Part shown: positions 20,024-29,690 of the stretch, piece by piece | How positions within the stretch are numbered: the stretch's first letter is position 1 | Layout of the letters: every line of letters begins with the position of its first letter | NCBI GenBank assembly: GCA_029259115.1 | Contig: JAPDJO010000029.1 | Coordinates: forward strand, 60,975 to 124,974 | Source of the DNA: Thermoplasmatota archaeon | GTDB taxonomy: Archaea > Thermoplasmatota > E2 > DHVEG-1 > B18-G2 | Length of the DNA stretch: 64,000 bases | Direction: 5' to 3' | Notes under the pieces: model-generated | What the model saw: only the letters and a program-made list of their open reading frames with translations | Databases searched by the model: none | Told to the model about the DNA's origin: nothing | Made by a program: the position numbers and the translations under genes

Positions 20024-20172
20024 GATCAACAGACTGAAATTTTGAACTCTGTTGCCCTGATTTTCTCCTTGAGAGGTTGATGGACTCCGTCCGGTCCATC
20101 CAACTTATATGGAGAAAAATCAGTCAACAGACCCAAAAATCGCGTTCTGTTGATTTCGCTCTCCATATGAAG
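20024..20172. repeat. attR: core flanked by an inverted arm (copy 2) and a direct arm (copy 3)
   Basis: TTGATGGAC-TCCGTCCG-GTCCATC core; arms homologous to 5725-5803. Confidence 0.9.
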
Positions 20173-20194
20173 ATATATAAAAATGGAAAGAGGA

Positions 20195-20761
20195 TTACTG
20201 CTTTCCTATTGGAAGGATCTCTTTACCATAGGTTTCGTTTGTAACCTCCGCTATTGCTAGATATATTGCACTAAAGCCGCAGAAGATGCCCTCTATACCT
20301 GCTATCTTTGTTATGATTCCACTCCCTGTTATTTCTCCCAAGGCAAGTAACCAGAACAGGATCGCCAGTGTTAAAAATACAACCTGTAACGCTCTATTCA
20401 TTTTTAGCGTGGAGAAGAACATCATGAATGTAAACAGACCCCACATGAATAGATATGCAGCCATCGCAGCTGCATTCGGTGAATTTACTCCTAAGATATT
20501 CGGCATAACTATCAACCCAACGAGGGATAACCAAAATAGACCATAGGAACAAAATGCAGTTGTACCAAAGGTATTTCCCTTCTTAAACTCCAATATCCCA
20601 GCAAATATCTGAGCCAAACCTCCATAAAATATTCCCATCGCAAGGATCATTGAGCCCAGTTCAAACAATCCTGCATTGTGTAAATTCAAAAGTACGGTAG
20701 TCATTCCGAAGCCCATCAAGCCCAGAGGTGCCGGATTCGCAAATATATCTTTATTTACCAT
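20195..20761 (-). CDS. satP: Acetate uptake transporter (GPR1/FUN34/SatP family)
   Basis: Signature [11 protein letters not shown]; six TM helices; SYGLFW. Confidence 0.93.
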   Translation of the reverse strand: MVNKDIFANPAPLGLMGFGMTTVLLNLHNAGLFELGSMILAMGIFYGGLAQIFAGILEFKKGNTFGTTAFCSYGLFWLSLVGLIVMPNILGVNSPNAAAMAAYLFMWGLFTFMMFFSTLKMNRALQVVFLTLAILFWLLALGEITGSGIITKIAGIEGIFCGFSAIYLAIAEVTNETYGKEILPIGKQ

Positions 20762-20820
20762 AATTCACCACCTCTCTTTAGTGAAAATGAAAAACGGATT
20801 TAAAATAGTGACGAAAAAAT

Positions 20821-21795
20821 TCAGGCTCTACATCTTATTATTACGAATATTAGAACTATTATTAGTACGATAATTACTAAGGCTTCTATGAAAGCTAGAT
20901 CAAATCCGGGAAATATTGATTTTGGTTCTCCCTTGACTCTGAGATTAATATCTAGATCTAGACTCTCTCCTTTTAAATTCTTGTAATCCTTCGCGTAGTA
21001 GGATAACTCCAAAGGTATAGAGTACTTTTCGTCTATCTTTTTGTCATATCTCTTTATTTCTACTTTTAATTTTACTGTTTTAGATTTCCCAGGCCCTATA
21101 TCTATGGATTTAGCCTCACTTAGATCTAAAAGAACAAGATCTGGCAATTCCTCAGTGGTATCTATACTTGCTATGATTTCCATGTTACCATTGTTCGTTA
21201 TCTCGATTGGTATTTCTTTTTCTTCACCAGGAGAAAGTTCTAATCTGAAGAAGTTTTCATTGACCTCAACATCTGGATAAAATCCCGGCTTTATCTTTAT
21301 CTCGCATTTGGCTTCAGATGAATTTATATTTCCATTGTCCAGAGCTTTCGCTCCTATTACTATCTTTCCTTCCTTGTAGCCTGGAGCATCTTTTGATGTC
21401 ACCTTTATTGTTACACCAACCTCCAGTGTAACATTTCCACCAAAGATAGACGTTAAAGGCATCTCAGCAGATAAATTCTCTTTTTCAAGTTGCACATCAC
21501 ACCACTTGGGCTTACTCATAACTTCCAGATTTATTTTCGTGGGAGATGGCGTCAGGAATAGATACCCAGATGGTATTGAAAATCTGCTGTAACTATAGAC
21601 AATGGTTAGATTCGTCTTGACCTCTCTGTTGAGAGATAGGTTCTCAAAATAGCTCTGATCGGGCTTTATAGATATCTCAGATGTTGCTTTGAAGAGTCTC
21701 AATCTTGCCGAAGATTCTTGGGGCACAACAAGGAATGCTAGTATGACTATAGATATGATACCCAAAGATGCGAAAGTTCTTTGAAGCGGGTTCAT
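20821..21795 (-). CDS. Secreted/surface protein with Ig-like domains and a C-terminal TM anchor
   Basis: Signal peptide; ITNNGN and LSPGE Ig-like motifs; PGF followed by TM helix and basic tail. Confidence 0.7.
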   Translation of the reverse strand: MNPLQRTFASLGIISIVILAFLVVPQESSARLRLFKATSEISIKPDQSYFENLSLNREVKTNLTIVYSYSRFSIPSGYLFLTPSPTKINLEVMSKPKWCDVQLEKENLSAEMPLTSIFGGNVTLEVGVTIKVTSKDAPGYKEGKIVIGAKALDNGNINSSEAKCEIKIKPGFYPDVEVNENFFRLELSPGEEKEIPIEITNNGNMEIIASIDTTEELPDLVLLDLSEAKSIDIGPGKSKTVKLKVEIKRYDKKIDEKYSIPLELSYYAKDYKNLKGESLDLDINLRVKGEPKSIFPGFDLAFIEALVIIVLIIVLIFVIIRCRA

Positions 21796-21933
21796 GGTTA
21801 TCGATTTAATTATAATCTTAATTATATAAAAATTTTGTCGTTCAAATATTGTAAAGGATTGTTACAAATACAGAAAATATGAGGATCATTATCACTATTA
21901 TAACGGCTAACTTGATCAGAATTTCCTTTGATT

Positions 21934-24612
21934 TCATTTTTCTTTCACTGGTATAGCTATGATGTTATTATCAACGCTTATGATGTCAACTTTCTTACCT
22001 TGTATAGAGTATGAAAACTCAAACTTCAAATCCTCTTTGGAAATTTCAAATCCTTCTACACTCGTTTTTCCTTCCTTTTCCAGTCTCATATAGATCTCGT
22101 TGGGATCTATCTCTTCTAATAACCTGTAAATCTCCTTTGCTTTTTCTCTATACTTTTTACCTATAGATGCATATACGGGTTTTAGAGACACGACTTTCCT
22201 TTCTATTTTTGCTACATCTGAGGAGATCTCGAGATTCTTGATATTCAATGTAGCTTTGATATCTTCTTCACACGCCTCTAGAATATCTAACCTATTTGAG
22301 AATATTTTCACATTTTCCATAGGAGCATTCAGTGCTATTCCTTTCTCTCCTTTCCACCTCCTCAGAGAAGCTATCACATTCTTTACAAGTTCTCCATCTA
22401 CCTCGGCTTTTTCATCTATCATTATCTCTGTAGGCCAATCAGATATATGTATGCTCTCTTTCCCCTCCTTATCCTTGTAATACCTGTGATATATCTCTTC
22501 GGTTATATGAGGAAAGAAAGGCGCAAACATCTTTGCGATTCCTAAACCTAAGTGATAAAGAGTATAGGTTATGCTATCCTTATACTTACCCTGATATAGG
22601 AGATTTTTCACCATCTCTATATAATGATCGGCTAACTCATGCCACAAGAAATATTCTACTTCCTTCATAGTTTGGGAGAAATTGAAGTTATCCATAAGTT
22701 CGGTGCATCTCCTGACGAGTTTGCTATATTTTGTTAGGATCCATCTGTCCATCAATCTTATCCTCTCTGGCCTATCAGGAATTTTATCTGGTAAGAATTG
22801 AGAGATGAATTTTTCGACATTCCACAACTTTTTAAGTAACCTTGTTCCCCTTACCACATCCTTCTTTCTAAATGGATTGTCTTCACCTAGAGAACAACTC
22901 GCAGCATAGCATCTAAATGCATCCGTGCCAAACTCCTCTATTATTTCTAAGGGATCTATAACATTTCCTAAGCTAGCGTGCATTGGGGTGCCGTCTTCAG
23001 ATAGTATAAAACCCCCCATCATTATGTTCTCAAAAGGTTTCTCACCAGTGAGTAGGGTGCATCTCAATATTGTGTAGAATGCCCATGTCCTTATTATATC
23101 GTGAGCTTGTGGTCTTAGGCTCATTGGATAGAGTTTCTTGAACAGTTTTTCGTCTCTATACCAAAATGTGTTATATAATGGAGATATAGAAGAATCCATC
23201 CAAGTATCAAATACTTCTTCACTTCCTTTGAGTTTGCCACCACATTTGGGGCATTTCTCTACAGGTGGAGGATCTCTAGTTGGATCAACATAGCAGTCTT
23301 CCTTTCTAGCTAAAATGATCTCCCCACAGTTCTGGCATTCCCATATAGGTATAGGAGTTGCAAAGTATCTTTGTCTCGAAATCACCCAATCCCATTCCAG
23401 AGAGTTTACCCATTCCTCCAATCTTTTCTTCATGAATTCAGGATACCATTTTATATCGTTACTAGTCTTAAGTACAAGATCTTTGAATGGTAGTGTCTTC
23501 AAGAACCACTGTTTTGTTAGTATAAATTCAACAGGTGTTTTGCATCTCCAGCATACACCAACATTCTGTTTCAGAGGTTCTTTCTTTATGAGATATCCTT
23601 CTCTTTCCAAATCTTCTATAATCTTCTTTCTCGCCTCTTCTATTTTCAAACCCTTGTACTTTCCACATATCTCTGTCATTCTTCCCTCTTCGTCTATGCA
23701 CATCTCCATTGGTAGCTTATACTTGAAGACCCATTTCAGATCCTCTTTGTCTCCAATAGTACATATCATTACTATACCTGTACCGAAGTTAGGATCTACG
23801 GATTCATCCTCAACGATTTTTACCTCCTTGTCAAAGAATGGTACCTTCAGGATCTGATCTACGAGCCAAGGGGCTCTCTCATCTTTTGGATGAACAGCTA
23901 CGATCTGGCAACTTGGAAGCATCTCTGGTCTCGTTGTTGCAATTTCTACATAGAAGCCTTTCTCATCCCTTCCTATACCATGGTATTTCAATATCTGTTC
24001 GGGTTGGTCATTCTTAAAATAAAACTTTATTGTATTGAGAGATGTCTCTCTCTCGACGTATTGAATTTCTGCATCAGCCATTGCAGTCATACATCTAGGA
24101 CACCAGTTGACAGGAAATTCTCCTCTGTAAATCAATCCTTTTTCATACATCTCTATGAATGATATCTGGGTTAACCTCCTGTAATACTCTGCATCCGTCT
24201 GATAATATATGGTTGGATCCATGCTCTCTCCGAGTTTGATATACTGCTCTATCATCTTCTTTATGTTCTTTTCAGCAAACTCTGAGCAGAGCTTTATGAA
24301 CTTATGCCTATCTATATCTTTTCTAGTTATACCTAGCTTTCTCTCAACCCTCTCCTCTATAGGTATCCCGTTAACATCAAAACAGAGGGGAAAAAAGACA
24401 TTGTATCCCTTCATTCTTTTATATCTGGCAACAAAATCTATGTGAGTATAATGAACCGCATGACCCGCATGTAGAGGACCGGATGCATATCTTGGGGGTA
24501 CGTCTATACTATAAACAGGTTTATCGCTCTCGAAATCAAAATGATATATCTTCATCCTCTGCCATTTTTCTTGCCATTTTCTCTCTATCTGTTTCTGATC
24601 ATAGTCTGTCAT
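21934..24612 (-). CDS. valS: Valine--tRNA ligase
   Basis: PPRYASGPLHAGH, VNWCPRC, TTRPE, DWVISRQRYFATPIP, VFDTWMDSS. Confidence 0.96.
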   Translation of the reverse strand: MTDYDQKQIERKWQEKWQRMKIYHFDFESDKPVYSIDVPPRYASGPLHAGHAVHYTHIDFVARYKRMKGYNVFFPLCFDVNGIPIEERVERKLGITRKDIDRHKFIKLCSEFAEKNIKKMIEQYIKLGESMDPTIYYQTDAEYYRRLTQISFIEMYEKGLIYRGEFPVNWCPRCMTAMADAEIQYVERETSLNTIKFYFKNDQPEQILKYHGIGRDEKGFYVEIATTRPEMLPSCQIVAVHPKDERAPWLVDQILKVPFFDKEVKIVEDESVDPNFGTGIVMICTIGDKEDLKWVFKYKLPMEMCIDEEGRMTEICGKYKGLKIEEARKKIIEDLEREGYLIKKEPLKQNVGVCWRCKTPVEFILTKQWFLKTLPFKDLVLKTSNDIKWYPEFMKKRLEEWVNSLEWDWVISRQRYFATPIPIWECQNCGEIILARKEDCYVDPTRDPPPVEKCPKCGGKLKGSEEVFDTWMDSSISPLYNTFWYRDEKLFKKLYPMSLRPQAHDIIRTWAFYTILRCTLLTGEKPFENIMMGGFILSEDGTPMHASLGNVIDPLEIIEEFGTDAFRCYAASCSLGEDNPFRKKDVVRGTRLLKKLWNVEKFISQFLPDKIPDRPERIRLMDRWILTKYSKLVRRCTELMDNFNFSQTMKEVEYFLWHELADHYIEMVKNLLYQGKYKDSITYTLYHLGLGIAKMFAPFFPHITEEIYHRYYKDKEGKESIHISDWPTEIMIDEKAEVDGELVKNVIASLRRWKGEKGIALNAPMENVKIFSNRLDILEACEEDIKATLNIKNLEISSDVAKIERKVVSLKPVYASIGKKYREKAKEIYRLLEEIDPNEIYMRLEKEGKTSVEGFEISKEDLKFEFSYSIQGKKVDIISVDNNIIAIPVKEK

Positions 24613-24677
24613 AACAGGTTCGTTGAAAGTATTATAACTTATAAAGATTGCTTTTTAAAAATAGTGAGAGATAGGAA

Positions 24678-25064
24678 TTATTGAAGGATTGGTTCTTCAG
24701 AATCGACTGGCATTGCTTTGCATATCGGTCTGGGAAATGTTAACCTGCACCAAATTCCACAATTTGTACAGAAGAAAGTTCCATAGCACTGCGTGAATCT
24801 GCATGTTCTACCCATGGTGACCAGCTCTTCATCACTGTTTGGAAAAGCGAGAGAGATTTCTGCAATCACGTCTTTTTTAGAGGATATAAATTTTGTTTCT
24901 ATAGTTGGCAATTTTTCGATTTCACCACTTACTCTTATCTTGTACAGGGGAGTCTCTGTATTTTTTTCTAGCCTGTTGTATACTGCTAACGATAGTGCAG
25001 AAACGGATAGCACAGCCAGCAAAAACCCTATAAGAATGTATCTTCCGAACTTCCTCTTTACCAT
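24678..25064 (-). CDS. Secreted protein with Cys/Thr-rich C-terminus
   Basis: N-terminal signal/TM helix; TPLY..R; C-terminal TCRFTQCYGTFFCTNCGIWC...C. Confidence 0.65.
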   Translation of the reverse strand: MVKRKFGRYILIGFLLAVLSVSALSLAVYNRLEKNTETPLYKIRVSGEIEKLPTIETKFISSKKDVIAEISLAFPNSDEELVTMGRTCRFTQCYGTFFCTNCGIWCRLTFPRPICKAMPVDSEEPILQ

Positions 25065-25142
25065 GGTATAGATAATATATTGTCAAGATTATAAATTTTA
25101 CTAAACTTTAAAAGTGGAGTCTGTTTTCTAGACCCTTAAGAG

Positions 25143-27440
25143 ATGGATGCAAAGGGATTGATTAAAGCGCTAAAAGAGGAGGCAGAGAAATATAATGAGA
25201 GGAGGATGGTTGTCCTATCTGGGAGTAGAGATAGAAGTTACAAGATAATAAAATCGTTTTTGAAAAAATTGGAAGGAAAATCTGTGTTAGTGGCCTATCA
25301 GCTGGATCAAGATATAGACATTGAAAAATATCATCTCAAGGACTGTTCAAAGCTACTTGGAACAACGTATGATTTACTTGTGATAGACCTCTATCACTCA
25401 TTCCAACCTTCAGATATAGGAAAACTTTACGGTGTTGTTCGTGGTGGCGGTCTAATTTTTCTTATAGTTCCTCCTCTGGATGAATGGAAGCATATGCTGA
25501 ACAAATACCACTACAGAATCCTCACACCGCCATACACAGAGGATGATGTGAGGAGAAATTTTATTCCATGGTTTGTGAGAAAGCTGGAGGAGCATGAAGG
25601 TATAGCTATAGTGGAAGATGGCATTATCAAGAAGAAAGGGTTTTTCGAGAGTAAAGTAGAAGAAAAGAAAGATTTGAAGTTTCCAAAGGATCACATCTTT
25701 GAAAAAGAGATCTATGAGTATGCATTGACTCAGGATCAGGTAGATTTCATAAGGTTAATGGAAGAATTGATCGAAAAACCAAATCCTGTAACAGCCATAA
25801 TATTAAAATCTCATAGAGGGAGGGGAAAATCCAGCGCGATAGGTATAGCATTGCCAGCGCTAGTAGAAAATTTACTAGAGTTCAAGAGGAGAGTAAGAGT
25901 AATAATCACAGCCCCTGAACTAGAGAATGCCCAAGAAATATTCAGATTCTCTGAGAAAGTATTGAAGGAGAAAGGTTATGAACTAAGGAAGAGGGATAGA
26001 GAAGGATTAATTTTCGATATCTCCTCAGAGAACTTTACCATAGAATATTTCAAACCAGCAGATGCAATAGAAAGATATGCGGATATTATCATCGTAGATG
26101 AAGCCGCATCAATACCTCCAAACCTCCTTTTATCTCTCCTAGACAGGACAAACCGCATAATCTATTCTTCTACAGTTCACGGATACGAAGGAGCAGGAAG
26201 AAGTTTTTCCATAAGATTTTTGCAAAGATTGAAGAAGAAAAATGTTAAAATCCTCGAGTTTGAGATGACTGAACCTATAAGGTATAGTATAAATGACCCA
26301 ATAGAAAGATGGGTATTTGATACACTTTTGCTCGATGCGGAGGCGCCTGACGTAAATGTTGATCGTGTAGATGATTTGGTTTACGAGAAATTAAAGATAG
26401 AAGATCTTCTGGAGAATGAAGATAAATTGAGAGAATATTTTGGAATTCTTATATTGGCACATTATAAAAATAATCCAAATGATTTTGCCATGCTGTGTGA
26501 TGCACCGAATCATATTGCCAGAGCTATGAGCTATAACGGGAAAATTGTTTGTTCTCTGCAGATTGCGTATGAGGGGAATCTTCGAGACGAGGATTGTAAA
26601 AGTGTTTACTATGGAGGCAAAATGATCTTAGGTAATGTTATTCCTCAGTTGATGATAAGACATTATAGAGAGATGAAATATGGCAAGTACAGAGGGATGA
26701 GGGTTGTCAGAATAGCTGTTCATCCCGATAATTTTGATAAGGGTATAGGTAGCAAGGCTTTAGAAAATATTTTAAAAGAAGCTGAAGAAGAGAATCTCGA
26801 TTATGTAGGAGCTAGCTTCGGTGCAACCTCTAAGTTAATAAGGTTCTGGCTCAAAAATGGCTTTTTGCCTATGCACATCTCTACGACCAGGAATGACGTG
26901 AGTGCGGAATTTTCTGTAACAGTAATGAAGCCTCTAAGTAAAGATTTCGAGAAGGAGCTTAAAACATTAAGAAAGAGATTTATGAGAAGATTCATGTACT
27001 GGCTATTCGAACCCTTGAGAGATCTCAACAGCAAGGTTGCTCTGGATATACTCGATTCATATGAAGGTGAAAATATAGATCTCGGATTGGATAAAGAAGA
27101 GATAAATAGGTTATTGGCGTATGCATTCGATGTTGGTCTAACTTACAGAACTGTAAAGGACTGTATATTCAAGATGAGCTACAACTTCTTCCTAAGTAAT
27201 AGAAAAAATGTGTTAAGCAGGAGCGAAAGAATGCTACTTCTGGTAAAAAATATACAATGTAAGAGTTGGGAAAGAACAGCCGAGATTTTAGATACTGATG
27301 AAGAAAGATGTAAGATTATGATGAGAAGGATAGTAGAGAGATTGATATTCGAGTTTTATGGTGATAGGAATGAAGTGCTTGAATTTCAAGAAAAAGTTCA
27401 AAGAATCCTTGCTGAAAGGCAGGAAGACATCGACTCTTAG
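25143..27440 (+). CDS. tmcA: tRNA/RNA cytidine N4-acetyltransferase TmcA/NAT10
   Basis: RGRGKS helicase motif, VDEAA, STVHGYEGAGR, EPIRY, AHYKNNPND, GNAT motif RIAVHP...GIGS. Confidence 0.95.
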   Translation: MDAKGLIKALKEEAEKYNERRMVVLSGSRDRSYKIIKSFLKKLEGKSVLVAYQLDQDIDIEKYHLKDCSKLLGTTYDLLVIDLYHSFQPSDIGKLYGVVRGGGLIFLIVPPLDEWKHMLNKYHYRILTPPYTEDDVRRNFIPWFVRKLEEHEGIAIVEDGIIKKKGFFESKVEEKKDLKFPKDHIFEKEIYEYALTQDQVDFIRLMEELIEKPNPVTAIILKSHRGRGKSSAIGIALPALVENLLEFKRRVRVIITAPELENAQEIFRFSEKVLKEKGYELRKRDREGLIFDISSENFTIEYFKPADAIERYADIIIVDEAASIPPNLLLSLLDRTNRIIYSSTVHGYEGAGRSFSIRFLQRLKKKNVKILEFEMTEPIRYSINDPIERWVFDTLLLDAEAPDVNVDRVDDLVYEKLKIEDLLENEDKLREYFGILILAHYKNNPNDFAMLCDAPNHIARAMSYNGKIVCSLQIAYEGNLRDEDCKSVYYGGKMILGNVIPQLMIRHYREMKYGKYRGMRVVRIAVHPDNFDKGIGSKALENILKEAEEENLDYVGASFGATSKLIRFWLKNGFLPMHISTTRNDVSAEFSVTVMKPLSKDFEKELKTLRKRFMRRFMYWLFEPLRDLNSKVALDILDSYEGENIDLGLDKEEINRLLAYAFDVGLTYRTVKDCIFKMSYNFFLSNRKNVLSRSERMLLLVKNIQCKSWERTAEILDTDEERCKIMMRRIVERLIFEFYGDRNEVLEFQEKVQRILAERQEDIDS

Positions 27441-27699
27441 AATGGGTATAAAAGATTACAAAGTTGGAGAAATAGTTAAAGTGCTTGCTGGAGATGAAGA
27501 AATAGGTCTAGCCAAAATAAAGGAAGTAAAACTTGTACAGTGGAAGGATATAGGAAAAAAGGATGTACTGAATGAGGGTATGAAAAGGAAGAAGGATCTT
27601 AAGAGGGAACTAAAAAATATATACGGAGACTTCGATGATGAAAGCGTCTTTACTCAAATCGTGTTTAAAATGCTCAAGGAAAGAAAAAGATGGGATTAG
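27370..27699 (+). CDS. ASCH domain protein (YqfB-like)
   Basis: GRKTSTLR, D..NEG, L..IY motifs; SD GGTGAT before ATG 27370; overlaps the tmcA 3' end. Confidence 0.85.
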   Translation: MKCLNFKKKFKESLLKGRKTSTLRMGIKDYKVGEIVKVLAGDEEIGLAKIKEVKLVQWKDIGKKDVLNEGMKRKKDLKRELKNIYGDFDDESVFTQIVFKMLKERKRWD

Positions 27700-27760
27700 A
27701 TTTATAATTCTTTTTAGCATTCATAAAATCGGATGGGATGCAAAGAAGGAGGTGTAACTT

Positions 27761-29689
27761 TTGACAAGAGAGATAGCATATGAATTGGCAAAAAAGCAAA
27801 GAGAAATTTCGGTTGCAGAATTCTTTGAGAGAAATAAACACATCTTAGGTTTTGGAAATCCAACGAGAGCTATAGTCACAGCAGTCAAAGAGGCTGTAGA
27901 CAACTCCTTGGATGCCTGTGAGGATGCAAGAATACCTCCGGACATAATTGTTGAAATTAGAGAAGGAGAGAGGGAAGGAGAGTATCTCATAGCAGTTGAA
28001 GATAACGGTCCAGGAATAGTTGAAAAACATATCCCGCCAATATTTGGTAAACTGTTATACGGATCTAGATTCCATGCCATCAGACAAAGTAGAGGTCAAC
28101 AAGGAATAGGGATATCTGCTGTTGTCTTGTATGGTCAATTGTCCACAGGAAAACATGCAAAGATTTTATCCAAGATAGGAGAAAATGAGCCAGCGTATCT
28201 ATACGAGATAGCCATAGATACTCAAAAAAATGCCCCTGAAATAATAAGGAAGGAAATCATAAATTGGGACAAAAAACACGGAACAAGAGTAGAGATCTGG
28301 ATTATCGGAGATTTTAGCAGAGGCAGAAGATTCCTGTATGAGTACCTGCAGAACACTTCCATAGTTAATCCTCACGCTCAAATAACATTCATAGAGCCTT
28401 CTGGAGAAAAACATGTATTCGAAAGGGTTACAGATGAATTACCGAAACCAACAACAGAACTAAAAAAACCCCATCCCCATGGAATAGAGATGGGTACACT
28501 TTTGAAGATGCTTAGATCTACAAAGGCCAGAAAACTCTCAACATTTCTAAAATCTGAATTTGTCTCTATGGGTGAAAGAACCACTCAGGCGGTTTGTAAG
28601 AAAGCCGATTTAGATCCTAATCTCGATCCAAAAGCTCTAACTAGAGAACAAGCGTCAAGACTCCTAAAAGCATTCAAAGAAGTAAAGATAATGGCTCCAC
28701 CTACAGATTGCTTATCTCCGATTGGTGAGCTTTTAATAAAAAGGAGTTTAAAGCATGAAACCAAAGAAATATCCCCAGAATTTATAGTCGCAACAACAAG
28801 ACCTCCCTCTGTTTATTCTGGTCATCCGTTCCAAGTTGAGGCGGGTATAGTTTATGGTGGAAATCTTGATAAAGAATCTCCTGTAAAGATCCTGAGATTT
28901 GCGAACAGGGTTCCTCTTTTGTATCAGCAAGGGGATTGTGTAACAACTATCGCGCTTTCGAATATAGATTGGAGAAGATATGGACTTGAACAGAGGGGAG
29001 GGAAAGGGATACCAGTTGGACCAGCCATATTTTTCATACATGTTGCATCGACAAGTGTTCCCTTCACATCAGAAAGCAAAGAAGCTATAGCAGACATACC
29101 AGAGATAGAGAATGAAGTAAAACTTGCTTTAAGAGAGTGCGCAAGGAAGATGCAGCAGCATATATCAAAGAAAGAAAGAAGAAAGAAAACAAGGGAAAAA
29201 TTCGTCCTTATAACAAAAATCCTTCCAGAGATAGCAAAGAAATCCGCTGCTATGCTCAATAAACCTGTTCCTAACATAGATGGAGTTATAACAAAGATAA
29301 TGGACGTTGTATGGATAGATGATAAGATAGAATATGAAAAAGTGAAAAGGCTTCAGACAACTTTAGATGGATTTGATGAATCTAGAGATTATGGATGTAT
29401 AACTAAAAGCAAGATAACTATTGTTAACTATAAGAGGAAACCAATGAAGTTTAATCTGTATGCAATAATCCCTCCAGAAGCCATAGTTGGCTTTGTAAAT
29501 CCTAAGCCAGAGAAGATCGAGAAAAGATATATAAAGTGGAATGTTCCGACTCTGAAACCTACTCAAAAGATTGAACTCTATTTCGAACTTGCTGGCCTAA
29601 ATGAGGGTGATTTTGACGAGAATGAAATCTATGTTGAGGGAATAAATCCTGAGTATGTTATAGGTGCAAATAAATGGGAGGGAGAATGA
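27761..29689 (+). CDS. top6B: DNA topoisomerase VI subunit B
   Basis: SVAEFF; GHKL motifs [23 protein letters not shown]; RFANRVPL. Confidence 0.97.
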   Translation: MTREIAYELAKKQREISVAEFFERNKHILGFGNPTRAIVTAVKEAVDNSLDACEDARIPPDIIVEIREGEREGEYLIAVEDNGPGIVEKHIPPIFGKLLYGSRFHAIRQSRGQQGIGISAVVLYGQLSTGKHAKILSKIGENEPAYLYEIAIDTQKNAPEIIRKEIINWDKKHGTRVEIWIIGDFSRGRRFLYEYLQNTSIVNPHAQITFIEPSGEKHVFERVTDELPKPTTELKKPHPHGIEMGTLLKMLRSTKARKLSTFLKSEFVSMGERTTQAVCKKADLDPNLDPKALTREQASRLLKAFKEVKIMAPPTDCLSPIGELLIKRSLKHETKEISPEFIVATTRPPSVYSGHPFQVEAGIVYGGNLDKESPVKILRFANRVPLLYQQGDCVTTIALSNIDWRRYGLEQRGGKGIPVGPAIFFIHVASTSVPFTSESKEAIADIPEIENEVKLALRECARKMQQHISKKERRKKTREKFVLITKILPEIAKKSAAMLNKPVPNIDGVITKIMDVVWIDDKIEYEKVKRLQTTLDGFDESRDYGCITKSKITIVNYKRKPMKFNLYAIIPPEAIVGFVNPKPEKIEKRYIKWNVPTLKPTQKIELYFELAGLNEGDFDENEIYVEGINPEYVIGANKWEGE

Positions 29690-29690
29690 T

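Larger units (their letters stand above)
5718..20100. mobile_element. Integrative element (~14.4 kb) in tRNA-Ala(CGC) with replication and defence-type cargo
   Basis: Identical 14-bp direct repeat CCGTCCGGTCCATC at 5718-5731 (tRNA 3' end) and 20087-20100; adjacent tyrosine integrase; helicase-like, RM, TA and Cdc6 cargo; housekeeping genes on both sides. Confidence 0.93.

Noticed and set aside
20087-20100. Second tRNA gene
   Set aside because: Only the duplicated 3' fragment (attR); no D or anticodon arm.
23315-23857. 180-aa ORF and the many other antisense ORFs inside housekeeping genes
   Set aside because: Shadow frames with no recognisable motifs.
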